The notes below the pieces were generated by a model, which had not been told where the DNA came from, ran no database searches, and worked only from the letters and a program-made list of their open reading frames with translations. From an uncultured Methanosarcinaceae archaeon (GTDB lineage Archaea; Halobacteriota; Methanosarcinia; Methanosarcinales; Methanosarcinaceae): a stretch of DNA of 64,000 nt. Position numbers and translations under genes: made by a program. Location: contig CAVTET010000001.1 of assembly GCA_963733675.1 (NCBI GenBank), positions 832,001 to 896,000 of the forward strand, in the 5' to 3' direction. Positions 54,691 through 64,000 of the stretch are shown piece after piece. The stretch's first letter is position 1. The number at the start of each line of letters is the position of its first letter.

Positions 54691-55560
54691 ACCACGAATT
54701 TTTGTTCTTTATCGATCGTGAACTAAAAACACTATCATGTTAGGAAGATATATTCTGCTGAGTGGTAGGCAATTCTACGCATCACTCTAATAGATATGCA
54801 GATGGCTGTAGCTGAGCAAAGGAAATTCTGGACTGTAAGCTCAGTCATCTGGGTAAAATAACTTGCTGCTGTTTCACTGCTATAAATCTATCAGTCTGTG
54901 TTACTAAAAACTCGTTGCGGTGTTGATGGCAAAGCTCAGGTAAAAAGCCCAAATTTTTGTGGGTTTTGGGGCAGAAAATCTGGAAGAAGAATTAGAAAGA
55001 GAATTACAAAACCTCTATCATTGGAAATAGCACATCTCGCGAGTAGCCCAGCTCTCCCTCTTCTTTATCAGAAATCATGGGTATATGGCTCATATGAAGT
55101 ATTATAATCATAATCAAGACTCTTCATCTACCATTTTTCAATATCTTCGTTAGCTCACTTTTTATAAGATTCTGCAAGTACACATGATCATAAGATCCTT
55201 TTTGTGCACTTTTTGTCCTCCAAGTTTATGTTGACAAGTATGCAGTGTGTATTTTTGTCTGTACATGCAATATCGAGGAGAAAATAACTGCAGCGATTGT
55301 CAGTCATATTTTTTTTATGATGTTAGTATCCAGTTTTACTTATCCTGCTAATTAGTCAGTTTAGGGTCTATTCGAAATCCAACTCATCATTATCCTCAAT
55401 TTATCTCTGTTGAATCAAGTACAAATTTTATCTACTTTCCATGAGAGCAATCGGAAAGCGTCTTGAAACTTAAGTGTAAATATTTTATTCTTCATTAAGT
55501 TCAACTTTCCTAAAAATTTATAAAAACGTCACATAACAATTGATAAATGAATTTTTCATT

Positions 55561-56295
55561 TGTGTATATCTATAGACTGCACAAAGAAAATTGTAAGTAA
55601 GTGTGAAAAAATATGAACACTGAAGTAAAATGTATGACATTTACATTTATAAAATCAGTTCAGGAAGTTTTTAACTGTTTCCTATTATTAGTTAAAGTTT
55701 TCTGAATTTTAAATATCTAGTTGATCCCAACACTTATTTTACTCTAAATAAGCTGATACAATCACTCAAAATTTGCTTCTCGAATCTTATATCCGAATAA
55801 TCGATCAAAATAGTTTCGAGGATTAGCTTGCTTGTAAGTATCTATCACTAATTGTGTTACCTATTAGATTGTGGGATGAAATAGGTTTTAGATTCGAATA
55901 AGAATATCATTACAAGCAAGCAATAACTCCTTTTCTTATAATACTAGTTATATTTATCTCAATATGAAAAACTCAGTACTGAATATGCGAAACAAGTGCA
56001 ATAAAGACTATTGTTTAAATTTATATTTGGATAGTTAAAGGCTTAACGCTTCTGATATTCAGTTCAATTGTGTTGGCCCTAATATTTTCATATATTCTAT
56101 ATTCCAAAAATACACACAATTATTTAATTTATTTACTAATTTACTCAATGTTCTCCATCAAAGAGTTATATGCATTTTTTTTAATTGTAACCTATCGAGA
56201 AATAGGTAGTATTAATTTAGATTTTTTTCTTACGATAAAATTTCAGAATATGTATATTTATATAGATAAATTATCATACGCTTTCCGTTCGCCGC
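55561..56295 (+). repeat. Non-coding upstream region of the KimA-like gene, homologous to 9521-10852
   Basis: See 9521-10852; ends in TATTTATA...ATACGCTTTCCGTTCGCCGC versus ATACGACTTCCGATTGCTGCC. Confidence 0.85.
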
Positions 56296-56410
56296 TTCAA
56301 ACTAGATGTCATTTTTAAATATTGCGTTATCTTCTCATCCTCAATAATATCATGTTATCTAACAAAATCCAGACAGTGAGTGAAAAAATAAAACGAAGAG
56401 TGAAATAAAA

Positions 56411-58392
56411 ATGCAAGATATTAGAATCTATACTCAGAAATTGAAAACTTTAATTATAGGAAAACCCCATAACCCGTTTGATTCAAACATTTTTCATAAA
56501 CTTTCACTGATAGCACTTTTTGCGTGGGTTGGCCTCGGATCTGATGCAATGTCTTCTGCATCATATGGTCCTGAAGAAGCATATTTGGCACTGGAAGGAT
56601 ATATTTATCTCGCTATATTTGTAGCAATGGGAATTATATTAACAATTTTTGTAATTAGTACGAGCTATTCGCAAATAGTTGAATTATTTCCTACTGGGGG
56701 TGGTGGATATTTAGTTGCAAGTAAATTGCTGTCTCCATATCTTGGGATGCTCTCTGGTTGTGCACTCCTAATAAATTATGTACTTACAATTGCTATTTCG
56801 ATTGCAAGTGATGTAGATGCCATATTAAGTTTCCTACCAATAAGTTGGCAAATATTCAAATTGTGGTTTGCATTTTTTGTGATTATACTAATTATCCTAT
56901 TGAATTTGAGAGGGATAAAAGAATCAGTGTTATCTTTAGTACCTATATTTGCATTATTTGTAATTACACACGCTATCGTAATAATATATGCTTTTTCTAT
57001 CCACCTCAAGGACGCATCAACAGTTATGAATAGAATAGTACTATTACAGATGTCCATAATGTGACATCTGGAATGGGATTTGCAGCATTGCTTTTTATTA
57101 TCCTCCATTCATATAGCATGGGTGCAGGAACATATACAGGAATTGAGGCTGTAAGTAATGCAGTACCAGTCTTGAGAGAACCTAGAGTGAAAACGGCTAA
57201 GAGGACCATGCATCTCATGGCTATTTCTCTTGCATTCATGGCAGCAGGGTTACTGTTTGCATATATATTTTACAATGTAGTTCACGAGCCAGGAAAAACT
57301 CTGAATGCCGTACTATTTGAGAATGTTGCAAAGTCCTGGGGGACTTTCGGTGAATATTTTGTAGTAGCAACTCTCATATCAGAAGCAGGATTATTATTTG
57401 TAGCAGCACAGACTGGATTTTTAGATGGGCCTCGAGTCTTGGCAAATATGGCGCTAGACCGATGGGTTCCGACTAAGTTCGCAACGCTGAGTGATAGATT
57501 TGTGACACAAAATGGTATATTAATAATGGGTAGCTCAGCGTTAATTATGGTTTTCCTTACCCAAGGATCGGTTGAACTCTTGGTAATACTTTATAGTATA
57601 GCAGTTTTCATAACATTCATTCTATCCCAGGCAGGAATGGTTCGCCATTGGTGGAAGTCCAAAGCAAAAATAAAAGATTGGAAGAAAAAATTAATTATCA
57701 ATGGTGTGGGACTGTTTCTGACAGTTTTGATATTAATATCAGTGATAATGGTTAAGTTCAATGAAGGCGGATGGATAACATTGTTTATTATTGCAGTTTT
57801 TGTTGGAGTTGTTCTTGTTATAAGGCACCATTATGAATATGCTTCAAAACTTATTAAAGAGTTGAATGCCAAAATCATCGATTTTTCAAAATGTGAGGAT
57901 ATTGTCAAGAATGATACCCCTGATAAAGTTGATATGCAAGATAAGACTGCAGTATTACTTGTAAACGGTTTTGATGGTTTGGGGATTCATACACTCTCCA
58001 ATCTGTTCAAATTGTTTGGTGGAATATACAAAAATTTTGTATTTGTACAAATTGGTGTAATCGATGCTGGAGTGTTTAAAGGAGTAGAAGAAATTAAAGG
58101 ACTTCAAGTTGAGGTAAATAAGGATGTAGATAAATATATAAGATTAATTTCATCATATGGTTATTATGCAGAAAGTTTCACTTCAATTGGTACTGATGTT
58201 GTTCATGAAATAGTAACGCTGGCACCAAATATCTTGACAAAATTTCCTAATGCTGTATTCTTTGGTGGACAGATTGTCTTTCCAAACGATTCCATGGTTA
58301 CAAGATGGCTCCATAATTATACCGTCTTCTCATCACAGAGAAAGCTATACACGGATGGGATTCCATTTGTAGTTTTGCCAATCAAGGTATAG
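56411..58392 (+). pseudogene. KimA-like (APC-superfamily/KUP-related) K+ transporter, frameshifted near 57030
   Basis: GSDAMSS..YGPEE, SY.Q....FP.GGGGY.VA, TG.EAVSNAVP, GF.DGPRV...MA.D and LYSI.VF..F.LSQAGM..HW; split into 217 + 443 aa. Confidence 0.82.
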
Positions 58393-58812
58393 GTTTATGC
58401 TATTGCAATCACAGGATTATATATGGATAAAGATTCTTAATTGTATTTGTAATAAAATTTCCTTTATTTGATACTGTTAATCATGTTAAGGTAGAGGCCC
58501 CAAGGCGATCTCCAAGCAAAATACCATAACTTAGGTTTTTATCAATTGTATTATTAAAAATTTGAAGATTATTTTATCCATCTTAAACAATATCTCTCTA
58601 TCAACAGAAAATTTTATTTGATTTCGGCATTCTCTCAAAATTAACGATCAAATAATTCAATACAACAATGGCTGTTAAAAATTATTTTATCAGTATCTAT
58701 AAGTCATATCGTAAACTCAAAGCAAGAGTATATAAGCCCATGAAAATATGTCTAAACTGCAGCATTTATACCATATTTCTTGGGGTTGATTTTTTCATAA
58801 GTGTGAACCAAA

Positions 58813-59492
58813 GTGAACTATCACTCAGCTGAAACCAAGTGGACTTTTCGGTTCATTCCTTTCTCTTTTGAGAACAAGTTCCCAAATCCATCCCCCCATT
58901 CCACAGATGTCAGATTCCAATTTTATTTTGATCAATGAGAGTGAATTTTTGATGTTAGTCGCAACGTTAATGTCCTTCATGTTTTGTCTTGCAATCAGAA
59001 CATTTCTATTCTCTATTTTGTAGTTTAGCTAGAGTTATGATATCCACAAACATAACAGATCTTAGCTAATGGTTTAAATTTACCTATCCTAATAATGGTT
59101 TATTCTGACCATTCTTAGGAAGCTTAATAGTATTGTTTTCAAAATCCGCATTGTAGTTTTGTGGTATCGAGGATGACTGAATTAGATTCTTCCTTGATTT
59201 GAATTTAGGAAAACCATCATTTTTCGAAAAAATTTAGTGATTGCAGATTCTACTTACTTAGTCATACCCTGAAGTGATTGGAAATTGACTTCTCATAACC
59301 ACGGATTTTGGTTTTTTAGATTAGAAATTAGTTTGTTTAAATCAAATCTAGTAATCGATTTCCTGATTTGCTCACCTGTTTTTACTTTCTGAATAAGCGC
59401 ACAATTATAGACAAATTTACAACTACCAATATGTTGATTAAGTTGGTTAGATTGGTAATTGTTGGATATAACCCAAACTTGAATGCTTTCAT
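58813..59492 (-). mobile_element. tnpB: IS200/IS605-family remnant: internally deleted tnpB pseudogene with right end (...GTTCAC)
   Basis: MKAFKF.LYP...HIGSC.FVYN.AL..K...L...K...PWL*EVN.QSLQ; Zn-ribbon remnant (KIC..CG...C..C...H..D.N.A.NI); hairpin-bearing end finishing TAGTTCAC at 58813. Confidence 0.8.
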
Positions 59493-60178
59493 GACAAAAT
59501 ATGTGTCGTACTTTAGCAATACATTTTACTTTTTGGTGAATAAAAGGTATGGACACAAGAATTATAGCAAATTTTTGTTAATGTATCACATTACATTCAT
59601 ATGCAAGTATCATAAAAGATATGAGAACAGTTTGATTAAGAACTCAAACAGCTTATTCATTAAATTAGAAAAGATGGTGATTTTGAAATACTAGGAATGG
59701 ATACGAACAAAAACCACATCCATCTACTCGTTAAGAGTGAGACAAGAGTAAGCACTCTTGCTATACTCTAAAACTGAAACAAGAGACAACAATTGATCTA
59801 TGGATAACTCAAAAAGATTATGCGAAAAAATAATCTTGGAAAGAACATACACTATAGAATATTGGATATTTCGCATTTTCTAACTGCAATATTAGCAAAT
59901 AAACAGCTGAAAATACATACTAAACCAAAATTAAAGTTGAAGCCTATATCCACTGGCTGAAGATTCAATGGTTTTAAGATTTATCCTATTAATATGGATA
60001 TTTATGAATATTGATTTTTTTGTTGTGTACTAGAAGTGTTCATTATAGTTAGCGCATCTTTGAGCATGTCAAATACAAAAAAAATTAAAAAAAATAAGAA
60101 GTATTTTAGTTATAATTTCTTACTTTACTAATATTCACTTCTAGTAAACAAAGCCTAAATATATTGTACCTATTGTTC

Positions 60179-60224
60179 ATGTTTTGACTTATCAGCGATC
60201 GAGATCGCTGATAAGTCAAAACAT
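60179..60224. terminator. Perfect 22-bp inverted repeat with a 2-nt spacer
   Basis: ATGTTTTGACTTATCAGCGATC-GA-GATCGCTGATAAGTCAAAACAT, 6 bp past the stop of 60231-60551. Confidence 0.7.
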
Positions 60225-60230
60225 TCATTT

Positions 60231-60551
60231 TCACCAACCGTTGTCAGCTATGACAGCTTGCGGCAGGTAATTCAAGGCCTCGTTCCACGCGCACCCGTAT
60301 GGTCCGCAAATGACATCGCTATCCCCGCTCATTCCATAAGGAGCTGGTGGATAAGATCCAAAAGGACCTCCCCAACCAGGTCCGCCCCAGCCATCATGAC
60401 CGCCACCGCCATGCCCATGATCCCCATGACCACCTGAACCACCTGCGGCTGTCACTGTAATCGCTGTTAATGGAACTACTGTACAGACTAGCATGAGAAT
60501 GCCAAGTATTTTTATTTTATCATATTTTTGTTTACCCATATTTGTATACAC
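60231..60551 (-). CDS. Small secreted Gly/His/Pro/Trp-rich protein
   Basis: Basic N-terminus and hydrophobic core (VPLTAITVTA), then GGSGGHGDHGHGGGGHDGWGGPGWGGP...CGPYGC; likely start at the second Met (60539). Confidence 0.75.
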   Translation of the reverse strand: MYTNMGKQKYDKIKILGILMLVCTVVPLTAITVTAAGGSGGHGDHGHGGGGHDGWGGPGWGGPFGSYPPAPYGMSGDSDVICGPYGCAWNEALNYLPQAVIADNGW

Positions 60552-61171
60552 TCCGAACTTTTGTTCCGTTTGATATTATTTTTTTAAGACTGTTGGCTTT
60601 TCAATTTACTTCTAATCGGCAAGTGCATTGATAATATCAATATATAATTAGATATGCCAACAAGCATATATGTAAAATTATTTTTGAATATATATTCATA
60701 TTAGTTTATTTGTAGACTCAAATAAATCTAAATTAGATTATATGATCATTCTAAGTCATGTTTTATAAAATATAGTGAAATTTCAATCAGAAACTATTGT
60801 TAAGTAGAAAATATTCTTGATGAAAATCGAATCAGTAATACAATTTTTAATTTTTATATCATAAAATCTAGTAACTATTCAGCCTACCTCTAAAAGTTGG
60901 TCGTATCTATTTTGATATGATAGATATCTTTGACTGCTAATGAATGGGAAAATAAAACATGATCAATAGACATAGTTATGTAAACTAAATTCACCTAAAA
61001 CTGCTAAGTAAATTTTGGTAAAAATGATTACAGATATTGTTTTGGCAAGGTTGAATAGTTACAATGTTCAACTAATTTTCAAAAAACGATTACATAAAAC
61101 ATGTTCTTTTTAAAATATCTTTGGAAATTTGGATATAAAAATTCTTTAAATGTTTGGTGTGTGCGTTTATA

Positions 61172-61220
61172 CGAAAGTTATTTATAATATTAAACTAGAC
61201 ATAGGATACCTTTTTCCGGT
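61172..61220 (+). promoter_or_regulatory. nifH promoter: BRE/TATA plus NrpR-type operator
   Basis: CGAAAG...TTTATAA (61172-61187); GGAT-N6-TTCC (61204-61217) overlapping ACC-N7-GGT (61208-61220), the forms described for methanogen NrpR operators. Confidence 0.7.
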
Positions 61221-61239
61221 AATCGGTGAAAGCAGGTAA

Positions 61240-62076
<837 letters not shown>

Positions 62077-62096
62077 TTAATGCAGAGGGAATAAAA

Positions 62097-62414
62097 ATGC
62101 AAATGATACGCGCAATAATTAGGCCAGGCATGGAATCTAAAGTTATCGAAAGTCTTGAAAAAAGAGGCTGCATTTCTCTGACCAAGATGGAAGTCTTCGG
62201 AAGAGGGAAACAAAAGGGGATTCATATAGCAGACATCCACTACGATGAACTGCAGAAGATCATGCTCATGATGGTAGTCGAAGACGAACACAAGGACACA
62301 GTTATACAGGCCATAATGGAATCAGCGAGGACTGGAAAGTATGGAGACGGAAGAATTTTCGTAAATCCAGTTGAAGAAGCTTACACCATAAGGAGTGGAA
62401 AACCCGGACTTTAA
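62097..62414 (+). CDS. nifI1: PII-family nitrogenase regulator NifI1
   Basis: PII motifs GRGKQKG, YDEL.K and [11 protein letters not shown]; position after nifH. Confidence 0.93.
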   Translation: MQMIRAIIRPGMESKVIESLEKRGCISLTKMEVFGRGKQKGIHIADIHYDELQKIMLMMVVEDEHKDTVIQAIMESARTGKYGDGRIFVNPVEEAYTIRSGKPGL

Positions 62415-62439
62415 AGCCAGATTTTCGGAGGATAATCCT

Positions 62440-62769
62440 GTGAAAGAGATTACGGCAAAAATTAGCATGAACAAAGTCCAAAAAACTAAAGATGCTCTCC
62501 TTGAATGTGGCTGCCCTTCGTTTACGGTAAGGAGAGTTATGGGTCACAGGAAGCGAAAAGGTCTCTGCTTTGAGTTTGACTCCCCTCTGCAGAATCCTAA
62601 AAAAGAAGAAACAGAAAAATGCATCCGCTTCATTCCAAAAAGGATATTTAACATCGTAGTAGACGAAGCAAGTGTAAGCGAAGTGGTTCAAAAAATAATT
62701 GAAGTAAATCACACCGAGGAATGGAAAGCCCGGGATTTAAAGCCAGATTCTCGGAGGACAATCCCATGA
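62440..62769 (+). pseudogene. Partial, diverged duplicate of nifI2 (lacks the C-terminal GDGKIF region)
   Basis: GTG start; colinear with 62766-63040, then runs into the duplicated nifI1 tail. Confidence 0.8.
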
Positions 62770-63146
62770 AAGAGATAACAGCAATAATCAGAATGAACAA
62801 AGTTCAGAAAACTAAAGATGCTCTCCTTGAATGTGGCTTTCCCTCGTTTACCGTAAAGAGGGTAATGGGCCATGGAAAGCAAAAAGGGCTATGCTTTGAG
62901 TTTGATCCACCCCTTGCAGAACCTAAGAAAAAAGAGGATGAAAATTGTATCCGTTTCATTCCAAAAAGGATGTTTACCATCGTGGTGGAAGATGCAAGCG
63001 TAAAAGAAGTGGTTCAAAAAATAATCGAAGTAAACCAGACTGGGCATGTAGGAGACGGAAAGATTTTTGTTTCAAAAATTAGTGAAGCGCTCCGTATCCG
63101 GACTGGGGAAAGCGGAGAAACGACCGTTACTAAGGAGTTGATGTAA
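62766..63146 (+). CDS. nifI2: PII-family nitrogenase regulator NifI2
   Basis: [31 protein letters not shown] and GDGKIFV...A.RIRTGE. Confidence 0.93.
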   Translation: MKEITAIIRMNKVQKTKDALLECGFPSFTVKRVMGHGKQKGLCFEFDPPLAEPKKKEDENCIRFIPKRMFTIVVEDASVKEVVQKIIEVNQTGHVGDGKIFVSKISEALRIRTGESGETTVTKELM

Positions 63147-64000
63147 ATGGGAGCTGAAATAGATCAGAGAATTGAGGGCAAACAGCAGCTTGTAGATAAT
63201 ATGCTGAAAGTGCTCCCTGAAAAAGCTGCAAAGAACCGGAGAAAGCATATTGTTGTCAGGGACTGCTCGATTGAACAGCATATTGAAGCTGATGAGAAGG
63301 TAATTCCAGGAATCCTCACAAACCGTGGCTGTGCCTTTGCTGGCTCCAAAGGAGTAGTCTTCGGACCAATAAAAGATATGGTTCATCTGGTGCATGGCCC
63401 TATTGGGTGCGCATACTTCACTTGGGGAACCAGACGAAATTTTGCAAAGGCAGAAGAAGGAGAAGACAATTTCCTCAACTACTGCGTGTGCACAGATATG
63501 AAGGAAACTGATATCGTTTTCGGCGGTGAAAAAAAACTTAAGAAAGCTATTGATGAGGTTGTGAAGATATTCAAGCCTGGAGCTATAAGTATCTCTGCAA
63601 CCTGTCCTGTAGGGCTAATAGGAGATGATATCGAATCTGTTGCCAGGGAAGCTGAAAAGCAGTATGGGATCAAGGTAATTCCTTCCCGCTGTGAAGGATA
63701 CAGGGGGGTAAGCCAGTCGGCAGGGCACCACATTGCAAGTAATTCCTTGATGGAACATCTAATCGGAACCGAAGAACTTGAAAATCCTACTCCCTTTGAC
63801 ATCAATATATTCGGAGAATACAATATTGGAGGAGACTTATGGGAAATCAAGCCAATTCTTGAAAAAATAGGCTATAAGATAGTCTCGACTTTCACGGGAG
63901 ATGGGTCATTCCATAAACTTGCAAAAGCTCATAAAGCAAAGCTCAGCATCCTGCTCTGCCACCGTTCCATCAACTATACGAATCGGATGATGGAAGAAAA
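63147..64000 (+). CDS. nifD: Nitrogenase MoFe protein alpha chain (runs off the window)
   Basis: RGCAFAGSKGVV.GPIKD, HGPIGC, TCPVGLIGDD, CEGYRGVSQSAGHHIA, GEYNIGGD and LLCHRSINY. Confidence 0.97.
   Translation, partial: MGAEIDQRIEGKQQLVDNMLKVLPEKAAKNRRKHIVVRDCSIEQHIEADEKVIPGILTNRGCAFAGSKGVVFGPIKDMVHLVHGPIGCAYFTWGTRRNFAKAEEGEDNFLNYCVCTDMKETDIVFGGEKKLKKAIDEVVKIFKPGAISISATCPVGLIGDDIESVAREAEKQYGIKVIPSRCEGYRGVSQSAGHHIASNSLMEHLIGTEELENPTPFDINIFGEYNIGGDLWEIKPILEKIGYKIVSTFTGDGSFHKLAKAHKAKLSILLCHRSINYTNRMMEE

Noticed and set aside
54790-55110. Hairpins (CAGATGGCTG...CAGTCATCTG) as an ncRNA or intron remnant
   Set aside because: Single copy amid decayed DNA with no diagnostic motif; cannot be separated from an IS remnant.

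Overview
AT-rich archaeal chromosome segment, almost certainly Methanosarcina-like (archaeal PolB, nifH-nifI1-nifI2-nifD, YVTN/NosD/DUF7507-type surface proteins, Methanosarcina-style IS elements). Core genes at the edges (polB and an S4/FtsJ methyltransferase on the left, the start of a Mo-nitrogenase operon on the right) bracket about 55 kb of heavily decayed accessory DNA with many pseudogenes, IS5/IS6/IS605 remnants and an IS6-derived 150-bp MITE. Intact modules include kdpABC with a KdpD that lacks the histidine kinase, crcB with a fluoride riboswitch, a PP2C + APC permease / glnK-amtB / Hanks kinase / glnK neighbourhood, and a 7x tandem-HTH protein. The most unusual signals are: (i) a degenerate ~67-bp-period array of promoter-like units in front of the permease-PP2C operon; (ii) ~750 nt of non-coding DNA shared upstream of two unrelated K+ uptake loci; (iii) a family of small secreted proteins sharing a 5'UTR + MLKQSS signal-peptide cassette but carrying unrelated payloads; (iv) a duplicated structured sRNA candidate; (v) a GC-rich foreign gene bracketed by inverted IS6-end/MITE units. 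All calls come from reading the sequence; no searches were run.
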